A DNA stretch of 64,000 bases from Longimicrobiales bacterium (GTDB lineage Bacteria; Gemmatimonadota; Gemmatimonadetes; Longimicrobiales; Gaopeijiaceae): assembly GCA_965116905.1 (NCBI GenBank), contig OZ220732.1:768001-832000 (forward strand), given 5' to 3'. Positions 31,205-40,000 of the stretch are shown here, in pieces; positions within the stretch are counted from its first letter, which is position 1, and the number at the start of each line of letters is the position of its first letter. Made by a program: the position numbers and the translations under genes. The notes beneath the pieces were generated by a model. The model saw nothing but the letters and a program-made list of their open reading frames with translations, searched no databases and was not told where the DNA came from.

Positions 31205-32284
31205 GTGACACAACTCAGTGAGCAGATCGAAACCGCACGTCGCCGTGTCGTCTCCGATGGCTACGACATGTCTGTAGGTGAGCTGATCAGCCTTTACAGA
31301 GATCGCGAACTCGTGATCAACCCTATCTATCAGCGCTATTTTCGTTGGACCGATTCGCAAAAGACCAGATTCATCGAGTCGTTGCTGTTGGGAATCCCCA
31401 CCCCTCCGATCTTCGTGTTTCAGCAGGCCGGCGGGGTTTGGGAACTCATCGATGGCCTCCAACGGATCTCCACAGTATTGGAATTCGTCGGGGAACTCCG
31501 GCGCGACGGCGAGGTAGTGGAGCCGTCGTCTCTCGAAGGCACCAACCTTGTCCCGAGCCTTGCCGAGGTTGCCTGGGAGTCCCTCCCCATGCCGCAAAGA
31601 TTGGATATTCGCCGGTCCCGAATGCGGGTTGAGATTCTGAAGAAGGAGAGTGACGAGGAAGCCAAGTTCGAACTGTTCCAACGACTCAATACAGGTGGGA
31701 CACACCTGACCGACCAGGAAGTACGAAACTGTGTACTCGTAATGGTGAACCAGGAGTTTCATGATTGGTTGAGACGGCTGACCGAGTCCGATTGCTACTC
31801 CACGACAGTTGTGCTAAGCGACGTCAAGAAACAACAGCAACAAGACATGGAGATTGCGCTTCGATATGTAGCTTATCGACATGTTCCGTATGTCACAGGT
31901 CTAGACGTAAATGAGTACCTCGACCGGGCAGCGCTCACGTTGGCACGGGAAATGACAAGTGATCGGCGCGCTGCCGAAGAGACGGCCTTTTTCAAGACGT
32001 TTGAGCTCTTACGCTCGGCCTTGTCAGACGGGGCGTTCAAAAAGTGGGATGGCCAGAGACATGTTGGTGCATTCTCGGTTTCCGGGTTTGATGCCATCGC
32101 CCACGGTGTCGCGAGCAATCTGGAGCAGATTATCGCGATTCCAGACGCGGCATCGTGGGTGCGGGAGAAAGCCCGTGCGGTGTGGCAGGAGCAGAAGTTT
32201 CAGAAGAACTCTGGTCAGGGGGTTCGCGGCACAACGAGACTCAAGCATTTGCTGCCATTTGGAGAGACCTACTTTCGCCCATGA
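31205..32284 (+). CDS. DUF262 (ParB-like) domain protein
   Basis: P.YQRYFRW, IESLLLGIP.PPIF, LIDGLQRIST, FQRLNTGG. Confidence 0.9.
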   Translation: MTQLSEQIETARRRVVSDGYDMSVGELISLYRDRELVINPIYQRYFRWTDSQKTRFIESLLLGIPTPPIFVFQQAGGVWELIDGLQRISTVLEFVGELRRDGEVVEPSSLEGTNLVPSLAEVAWESLPMPQRLDIRRSRMRVEILKKESDEEAKFELFQRLNTGGTHLTDQEVRNCVLVMVNQEFHDWLRRLTESDCYSTTVVLSDVKKQQQQDMEIALRYVAYRHVPYVTGLDVNEYLDRAALTLAREMTSDRRAAEETAFFKTFELLRSALSDGAFKKWDGQRHVGAFSVSGFDAIAHGVASNLEQIIAIPDAASWVREKARAVWQEQKFQKNSGQGVRGTTRLKHLLPFGETYFRP

Positions 32285-33006
32285 ACGAAACGGTGCGCAC
32301 GACTGAACAGCTGCAGGAGTTTCTTGACGGCGACTTCGGGTGGCGAGTGAAGGAAATGTCGGATATTCGCACGGCAGCTCGGCGCGCCGATACTATGGCA
32401 CGAACGACGCTGGTTCGGGCTGGGATTGCGCTTGCGTATGCACACTGGGAGGGATTCGTAAAGAAGGCTGCGAACGCCTATGTGAGGTACATTTCCTGTC
32501 AGGGTCTACGGCATGTCGATTTGCGGACTTGTTTTGTGGCTCTCAGTCTTCGCAGACCGATTTGGAACCTGCAATCGTCGAGGAAGGCCGAGGCGATGAT
32601 AGCGGCGTTGGAGTCGGTGGTGGGCGAGCAAGCTGCACGGGCGAAGCTGAAAAAAGCAGTCTCAATCGGGACGGAATCCAACCTCAGTTCGAGTGTGTTC
32701 AGGGATATGGCGTGTTGGCTGGGATTGGATGTGGGGCACTACGAGACGAAGTGGCAGTTTATTGACGAGCGCTTATTGAAGCGAAGGAACTCAATTGCTC
32801 ACGGCAGTGGAGGGGAGCTCGTGCTAACGCAGGATGAGTTTGAGGAATTGGTCCATGACGTGGTACAGCTTCTCAGATGGTTTAAGACCGACATCGAGAA
32901 CGCGGTGAGTACGGAAGCATTCCGAAGCGGGAGTGTGGTAGGATTCTCGGACACCGGTGGCGGTGTCGGTGAGGAAGGCGGGCCCGTACGGGTGAAAGGT
33001 CAGTAG
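32281..33006 (+). CDS. MAE_28990/MAE_18760-like HEPN nuclease
   Basis: YAHWEGFVK, TESNL, RNSIAHG (Rx4H); ATGA-coupled to DUF262. Confidence 0.85.
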   Translation: MNETVRTTEQLQEFLDGDFGWRVKEMSDIRTAARRADTMARTTLVRAGIALAYAHWEGFVKKAANAYVRYISCQGLRHVDLRTCFVALSLRRPIWNLQSSRKAEAMIAALESVVGEQAARAKLKKAVSIGTESNLSSSVFRDMACWLGLDVGHYETKWQFIDERLLKRRNSIAHGSGGELVLTQDEFEELVHDVVQLLRWFKTDIENAVSTEAFRSGSVVGFSDTGGGVGEEGGPVRVKGQ

Positions 33007-33181
33007 AATGGGAGGTTCGGTCACGCTGAAAGTCGGTTCCCAGGGACGACCTTGACTCTCAGCACCGAGACGGCGACGGGGGTGCCGGTAACTTGAGGGG
33101 TTTGGGCTTTTCTGCGGTGGCGCGGGCCAACTGGGTTCCGTGGGATTTGGATTGCTACACGAGCGCGCCACACAGATGCCG

Positions 33182-33805
33182 TCACCCTCCGGGTATAGTG
33201 CGAACCCTCTCCGGCAGGCTCGTGCACGCTGCCGCGCGAACGGGACCGATTCGTCGGACCAACTCCTGCATCCTGTCAGGAGGAACGACCTGCATCTTGG
33301 CATCTCGCAATGCACGGAAGATCGCATCGGCCTGGCCGGTTTCTCCGAGCCCATCCGTCACCCGACCGTGGAGCAGTACATCGGCTGTCGATGCAAGTCG
33401 CAGTCCCGGGAATCGCTCGGCGCAGATCCGCCTCGCCTTGCGTTCGTCAATCAGTGCGACGGCGTCGCGCCCTACAGCATAGGCGATCGTCGCGGCCTCG
33501 CCGTCGTCCAGGGTCTCCTGGGCCTCGCCCTCCACAAGCGACCGGTAGACAGGTTCGTCGCTCCGCTGCAGCTCCACCGGGTCGATGGACCCGTCGACGA
33601 TCAGCGCTTCGAGCCCCTCCCAGGATCCGTGCCCCCGCCCTCTGCCTTCCCACAGCTCGCGGCGAACGTTGGTCGTCGCCAGAAAGCGATTCGGGAACGC
33701 ATCGACGATTTCGGACGCCGTCCGCGTCGCGACGAGATTGATAATCACGCTTGCGTCGGTTACGACCGGGGCGCCCGGGTCACCCAGGAAGCTTGACGAT
33801 GTCAT
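33182..33805 (-). CDS. PIN-domain protein
   Basis: VTDASVIINL, LDDGEAATIAYA, LIDERKARR. Confidence 0.8.
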   Translation of the reverse strand: MTSSSFLGDPGAPVVTDASVIINLVATRTASEIVDAFPNRFLATTNVRRELWEGRGRGHGSWEGLEALIVDGSIDPVELQRSDEPVYRSLVEGEAQETLDDGEAATIAYAVGRDAVALIDERKARRICAERFPGLRLASTADVLLHGRVTDGLGETGQADAIFRALRDAKMQVVPPDRMQELVRRIGPVRAAACTSLPERVRTIPGG

Positions 33806-34955
33806 CCGCCTCGCTCCTCTCGGTCTCTGCTCCCTCGAGGAGATCTCGCACTTCAAGCCTATGGAGCCTGAGCATCCGGGCCAGCTGTCCTTCGCTGTAG
33901 TACCCTTTCTTCCACGCTTCGCGGACCAGTAGCGCCAGGCGTCGTGGGACGTGGTCAGTGCGCGACGCTGGATCCTCGGCTCGATGGGAGGTGCCCAGGA
34001 CCTGCTCCGCCTGCCGGTCGGTGATGCCCCCGTGCGACTGGAACCAGTCCCACGTGCCGCGTCGGGCGAGATCGAGCTCCTCGAGGCGGCGCACCATGGC
34101 TTCGCGCGAGACGGTGAACCGGTCGGCCAGAAGGATTACGTGGCGTCGAGTCAGGTGCGAATGCCCGGCCGTCAGCTCTTCAAAACGCAGCTTCACGGCG
34201 CGTGCCGGGGTCAGGAAGGCGCGCGCGAAGTGGTCCGCGTACCGCTCTTCACGAGAGTGGGGGCTGTCGTCCCGCCTGAGGACGTTCGGCTCATGACGGG
34301 TCGATGTTAAGTGTCCGAGCTCGTGACCAGCGGTATAGGCGCGGCGGCTGGCAGGGTGGTTGGCGTTCAGGAGGACGCACGCCCCCACTGCGGCGTCGTG
34401 GGCGAACAGTCCCGAGATGCGGCTGCCCAGAGGTCGCACGTACACGCGGATGCCGAGGTCCAGCTCCATGACCGAGACGATGTCCCTGACCGGGCCGAAT
34501 CCGAGGCCGAGCCAGACACGCAGCTCCTGTGCGTCGTGCTCCGCCTGGGAGCGGACGTTGCCGGGCAGGAGGGGTCGGACGCGCGGGAAATTCCGGTGTC
34601 GGGCTACGCCCAAGGCATTCTCCAACTCCACCTCGGCGCTGACGAGGTCCGTCAACAGCCGGGCCGCCTGCTCGGTGCCGTCGTCCGCGCAGCGCGCCAC
34701 GCTTCGGAACTGGGGAACGAGATCTATGTGGACGGCCTCCCGCCGCAGAATCGCGTTCGCCGAGGTGCCGTAGCGAATCGCGAGCGCCTGTAGCTCGTGC
34801 GTGCGGACGCGCCGCTTCCCCTGTTCGATTGCGACCAGGGTGGTGCGGGCGACATCGATCGCGGCGGCTGCTTTGGCCTGGGTGAGCTCGGCTGTCTTCC
34901 GGGCAATCTGGAGGCGCTCGCCGATGGTGCGGTCCGTCAACCTTTCAGTTCTCAT
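33780..34955 (-). CDS. XRE-HTH - ImmA/IrrE (M78) metallopeptidase fusion
   Basis: N-terminal HTH LTQAKAA...ARTTLVAIEQG; HELGH; E..AD.FA.AFL. Confidence 0.9.
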   Translation of the reverse strand: MRTERLTDRTIGERLQIARKTAELTQAKAAAAIDVARTTLVAIEQGKRRVRTHELQALAIRYGTSANAILRREAVHIDLVPQFRSVARCADDGTEQAARLLTDLVSAEVELENALGVARHRNFPRVRPLLPGNVRSQAEHDAQELRVWLGLGFGPVRDIVSVMELDLGIRVYVRPLGSRISGLFAHDAAVGACVLLNANHPASRRAYTAGHELGHLTSTRHEPNVLRRDDSPHSREERYADHFARAFLTPARAVKLRFEELTAGHSHLTRRHVILLADRFTVSREAMVRRLEELDLARRGTWDWFQSHGGITDRQAEQVLGTSHRAEDPASRTDHVPRRLALLVREAWKKGYYSEGQLARMLRLHRLEVRDLLEGAETERSEADDIVKLPG

Positions 34956-34963
34956 CGATCGCT

Positions 34964-36307
34964 TCACACCCATTGCTTGACGAATGAGGTTGGCCCCAGC
35001 GAGTTCAGGAAGTCCTGCCATTCATCCGCGTGCCGCTCTAAGAGCTGCACCATCCGCCCCTCGATGTCCTCGACGCCCTCGATTACGCGACCGAGGGATT
35101 TCGCGTGGCGCCTCACGATCGGCCGCACATCGCCATCGGCCATGGCGGCGAGGTCGGCCATGTGTCGAGTTCCGGCGATGGCGTAGTCCCGGTAGGCACC
35201 ATTGGGGTGCTGGAAGTCCGGATCAACTGCGGTCTCCAGCGTGCTCGCGTTCATGTCAGTGCAGATGTAGCTCTCAGGATCTTCGGTGAGACCAGCCGCG
35301 TGCACGCTGACCCTTCTCAGCATACACGCGGCGCACACCCCGCAGTGGCGCCACGACCGGCGGACGGAACTCCAGCGGTTGTCCTTCCAACAGGATTTGG
35401 TGGACGGCCACCTGTCGTCGCCGGTGGCGACATAGCTAGCGAGCGTCTCCCCCTTGGTGTGCCAGAGGCGCGGGAAGCGGTAGCGGATGGGCTGTTCGAA
35501 GAGCGCTTCCAGAAACTGCTCCATGCGATGCATGAACTCCGGATGGTTGCGGTAGTCGGGGTGTGCGTGCCCCACGGTCACGAGCGGTGGACCCAGGCTG
35601 CCCTGACCGCTCTCGGGCACGATGACCCTGTTCGCGCGGGTCAGGTACGCGGCGATTCCGGCAGTGGTCGCAAACTTGAACCCGCGGCTCATGGCGCTTG
35701 GCTCGGAGCGTCGGGGGACCCGCACCCGGTAGGGAATCGACACAAATGGCTCCCCGTTGCGGGTCATTGCGCGTGGCCTCCGACCCAGACGCACCCGTAC
35801 CACTTCCTCCCCCAGACTTGCCTTGGCGAGCGCGGCGACCGCGAGCGAGTCCATGCCCTCGCTGTAGGCAAGGACCGCTCTCGAGGGCGGGAACAGAGCG
35901 AATCGATCTCCCTCAGGCTCCTGAATCGGGCTCTCTCTCTGGTGGAAATCGACTGACCAGCGGTCACCTGTGACGAGCCTGAGCGCCTCCAGCAAGGCTT
36001 CCTTCACCGGTGGAGCCCGCCAACGATCAGGGTCATCTACGGGCACGCGAATCGACAGGCGCCGAGTCCATCCACGCGGCGGCCGTCGGCACGACAGGTC
36101 CGCGAACTCCACGCTTGCCGCCACGAGCATAGCGTCGCCCACTACCGGCTCCCAAGGCGAAAAGGCGTACGACTCGAGGGCTGTCGTTGAGAAGCGGATA
36201 TGCCGGCCGAGCTCGCATTGGAGCCAGCCGTCCTGTTGCGGGCCTTCAGGCTCGCAGACGGAGACTCGCGCCTCGGCACGCGCCGCGCCGGTTGCCGACC
36301 GGTTCAC
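34964..36307 (-). CDS. QueC-like (7-cyano-7-deazaguanine synthase / QatC-like) PP-loop enzyme
   Basis: QatC-like N-domain (ADLSCRRP..GWTR.L), variant PP-loop YSEGMDS, PESG, TKGE, SCW...HCGVCAACMLRR. Confidence 0.85.
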   Translation of the reverse strand: MNRSATGAARAEARVSVCEPEGPQQDGWLQCELGRHIRFSTTALESYAFSPWEPVVGDAMLVAASVEFADLSCRRPPRGWTRRLSIRVPVDDPDRWRAPPVKEALLEALRLVTGDRWSVDFHQRESPIQEPEGDRFALFPPSRAVLAYSEGMDSLAVAALAKASLGEEVVRVRLGRRPRAMTRNGEPFVSIPYRVRVPRRSEPSAMSRGFKFATTAGIAAYLTRANRVIVPESGQGSLGPPLVTVGHAHPDYRNHPEFMHRMEQFLEALFEQPIRYRFPRLWHTKGETLASYVATGDDRWPSTKSCWKDNRWSSVRRSWRHCGVCAACMLRRVSVHAAGLTEDPESYICTDMNASTLETAVDPDFQHPNGAYRDYAIAGTRHMADLAAMADGDVRPIVRRHAKSLGRVIEGVEDIEGRMVQLLERHADEWQDFLNSLGPTSFVKQWV

Positions 36308-36864
36308 AGTTGCGGCCCCTCGTCGATTCCGTCGCGCATGACCGGGCTACGGGCCGGTGCCGGGGATCCGGAATCGTCAACGATTTGGGAAGCCAGACCT
36401 CGGACATCGACCGCTTGGCAAGCCTCGGTGAAGCGCCCACTGACACGACCCCAAGGGAACCAGGTCTTCCTCAGGTAGTGCTCTTTGGTGGAGCGTGAGT
36501 TGTCGAGGAGGCACTCGTGAAGCGTGTCGGCGACCGCCGACTCCACCATGTCACGTCCCGACGACGCACTGGCGTCCTGCTGGCTCAGGTAGGTAAGGAA
36601 CGTCTGGGCGGTCTTCGAGCCCGAATGCTCCTGTCGGAGGGCCTCGATCGCCCTAGCGAGGTCGGGCGCGAAGAGGGTGCGTTGGCCGTTGGGTGCCAAG
36701 ATGCGTACGATTGCCTTGAGAGGCAGTTCGCGAGCTTCCTTCAGGAGCGCGGCATCCATTGCCTCAGTGACCTCCCCGGGCGAGAAAGCCCGGATTTCCA
36801 GCCGCTTCGCGACTTGCTTCCAACGCTTCCCGAGCGGCAGGCTCTTCCAAGGGCCATCGCTCAC
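36304..36864 (-). CDS. Unknown helical protein, first gene of the QueC operon
   Basis: GTG with AGGGAGG RBS; GTGA overlap with the QueC start; N-terminus MSDGPWKSLP. Confidence 0.75.
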   Translation of the reverse strand: MSDGPWKSLPLGKRWKQVAKRLEIRAFSPGEVTEAMDAALLKEARELPLKAIVRILAPNGQRTLFAPDLARAIEALRQEHSGSKTAQTFLTYLSQQDASASSGRDMVESAVADTLHECLLDNSRSTKEHYLRKTWFPWGRVSGRFTEACQAVDVRGLASQIVDDSGSPAPARSPVMRDGIDEGPQL

Positions 36865-36895
36865 GTGCTTCCTCCCTGATCGCTGTCTGTGCTGT

Positions 36896-36934
36896 AATGT
36901 CAGAAATCCTATATGTAAAAGATGACATTGTCAA
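36896..36934 (-). promoter_or_regulatory. Sigma70 promoter with overlapping operator-like palindromes
   Basis: Minus strand TTGACA-17 bp-TAGGAT; TGACA-t-TGTCA palindrome and AATGTCA/TGACATT inverted pair. Confidence 0.7.
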
Positions 36935-37044
36935 TATTCCATTCGGGCACACCCTCCTCGCCTCAACCCTAGAGAGCAATTCGAGCCTGTTGGGCGCGAT
37001 CTAGCGGTGATGGGGTAAGGGCTTCAGGGGACCCTCGGATATCC

Positions 37045-40000
37045 CTACGCTTCCGTTCCCGCCCTCCGATTCGTCACCGTCGGCTCCGTCGCCAGCATGG
37101 ACCGCCACCCGGCCACCGTCTCCGCGCTTACATCAAGCGCGGCCGCCGCAGCCTCGTCGAGGACCCGGCGAGCTTCGCACCGTTCCGCCTCACGCATGGG
37201 CAGGAGCTCCACGTCCCGCACCTGCTGCCACGCGTCGGCGAGCGCGTCCCAAGCCGGGTTGTCTGGGGTCGGCACGCGGACTTCACGGAGGTGGTGCAGC
37301 TGCCAAGTTGGGTAGGTCAGCGTCTTCGCCCGTCGATTGAGCAGCATGAGCCGGACTGGGGTGCTGTTCCACCAAGCCGCCAGCGCCTGACCCTGCCGAT
37401 CGCAATCCACGGCGACGGGAACCCACCAGCCGAAGGCCGGCGAGGTCGCCCACAGTGCGTTCACCCGGCCGGTGACCGTATTCATCCGCATGGCGACCAG
37501 CAGCCTGCTCCGCTGTCCGGCGTAGCGTTCAGCCAGCCCCTCCTTGCCTGGGCGGGGCACGTAGCCGACGTCCGGCTCTTCGCGCACCTTGCGCCGCAGC
37601 TTGCTGCTCACGGAGTGATAACCGGGGAGCGATCCCCGGGCATCGGGTTCCGCGACTTTGTAGGCGTCCTGAATGCGTTGTCCCGCCGGGCCGACTGCGT
37701 GGTCGCTCCCGAGGGGTTGCAGGCGCGGCGACGCTTCGACCTGCCGGACGACGTCGGCCAAGGCACCGTTGAACCACTGTACCGGCGTCCAGTCCCCCGC
37801 TTCGACACGGTCGCTTGGCCACTCCGTGACGCGGGCCCACTTGGTCGGCTCGCCAGCCAAGATCGCATCCGCGGCGGCGACGGCCTCCTCAGGCGTGGAC
37901 GGCATCCGGCGAAGCGAGACGAACTGGGTTGGCGGGCGGGTGTTTCCGTGCCAGCGGCGAGCGACCAGCAGGCACTCGTGGATGCTGGTGTTATCGGAGA
38001 AGTTGATGTGGCGCGGATCGTGGGAGGTGACGATGCGCTCGATGTGGAAGCGGCGGGCCAGGAATCTGCGTTCGGCGACGCCGGCTGGACCGGTGCAGCC
38101 AGTGCTCGGGACGACTTTCGCCAAGATTCCTTGACCGCCAAGGAGTCGGTCCGCCAGTGGCGAAAAATAGGTGCTGACGCTATTGGAGTTGATCACTCCT
38201 AAGACTTCGTCGTCCGATTGCTCTACCGAATCCCGAATCCGCAGCTCGTGTTCCTGCATCCGCCTAACGGTGTCTCTCCCGAACTGCCGGTTGCGCTGTT
38301 TGTTGTTCGTGAACGGTGGGTTCATCAGGACCAGATCCAGGTCCTTCAGCGGGTACTCCGCGTCCGCAGCGCTGTCGACGTGATGCGCCGCGAGCCCGGC
38401 CATGGTCCGCAAGGGCCGGATCAGCGTGTGCAGCGAATCCTCCCGGTCGGTCGCACCCAGAATGTCAAGCGACCCCGCCCTCACGCTCCCGTCCGGCTGC
38501 GGCCCGTGCTTTAGGGTGAGCAGGTTCATCCGCCGGTAGTCGACCGTCGGAGCACCAAGCGTCAAGTTACAGGCCGCCAGCTGAACGGCCGTTCGGTTCA
38601 CGTCCAACCCGCAGAGCACGTTTTCGACCAGTAGACGGTGCAGCTTGTCGGAATCGTCCAGGCCATGCCCATTGTCGTCGTCCGCCCCTGCCTCTTCGAC
38701 TCGCTTCTTGATCACATGCAGCGCGGCCATTAGCAGTGTCCCGGTCCCGCACGCAGGGTCCATGATCCGCAGCCGCGACACCTCTTCCGGGTCGCTCCAG
38801 TCGCGGAGGTCCGGGCCGAGGGCGAGCCGCGCCAGCATGAGCGCCGACAGGTTGTTCGTGTAGAAGGCCCCGTAGGCGGTCGCGTCGGGGAGGATGCGGT
38901 GATAAAGCGGGCCGGCGTGGTCGTACCCCAGCGCACTCAGAGAGTCGGCCACTCTATTCGCGCACTCGGCGAGGATGCGCAGCGCGTGACCCGCCCAGCG
39001 TCGATCGGGAATCACGTCCAGCACGGCCAGCGGAGGTTCGAACACCGGCGCGTAGTCGCGTTTCAGGATCGCCTCCCAGGCAGCGCGCAGAACGACCGCT
39101 GGCTTGTCGGCGCCGCCGACCTGATTGAGCTTGGCGATCCCCTCCATGGTCGGCACTTCGCCCAGTCGCCGGTGCAGTAGACAGGCGTTGGCCAAGAGCA
39201 GCGCGGCGATGGTGCAGATGTTGCGGTCGCCCGCTTCCGAAGGAAGGCCGAGCGCGGAAGCGACATCGCCCGCCAGCTCCCCTTCCAGGAACAGTCGCGC
39301 GGCCGCGCGCACGGCGTGCTCGATGTCCTGCGACACTTGGAGGCCGGGTTTACCAAGACCTGAGGCGGCCACGACGTGCGCGTAAACGCCTTGGCTGACG
39401 TCCGCCAACTTGAGGTCGGGTTGAGTGACCGGCTCAGGTGGATCCGGGCCCACGGGGGGCGGATCCGGTCCATCGTAGGCCCGCACGAACCGCGCCGGGT
39501 CCTCCGCCAGCCGGCCGTCGTGCGACTGGAGTGCGCGCAGCACCTTGCCCACCGCGCGATAGCCGTCCGTCCCCGCCGCCAGCGCCGAAACCAGATCCGC
39601 GCCCGGCTCGATCGGAATGGGCACTACGATGTACCCGAGGCGCTTGCCGGGGCTCTTTCGCATCACCCGGCCCACCGCCTGGACGATGTCCACCTGACTC
39701 TGGCGCGGCTCCATGAAGACGATCGCGTCGAGAGACGGCACGTCCACGCCCTCAGTGAACAGACCGACATTGAACAGCACCCGCGCGACCTTCTGGACGT
39801 CCGCCTTCGCCAAGTCGCGCAGCGCCTGATTCCGCGTGAGCGCGCTGTCGGAGGCGTCCAGATGTTGTGCGTTGACAGGCAGAGACGCCTCCGCGTCTGC
39901 GTCGTCCTTCCGCAACCGGCGAGTGGTGATGCGGCGGAGCTCCGGGAGCTTCATGCCCTCAGCGTAGAAGCTTGAACGGGCAATGGAGTTGGAGAACGCA

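Noticed and set aside
34964..36307. Housekeeping queC or Dpd DNA-modification cluster
   Set aside because: About twice the size of canonical QueC, altered PP-loop, and no queD/queE/folE/dpdA nearby.
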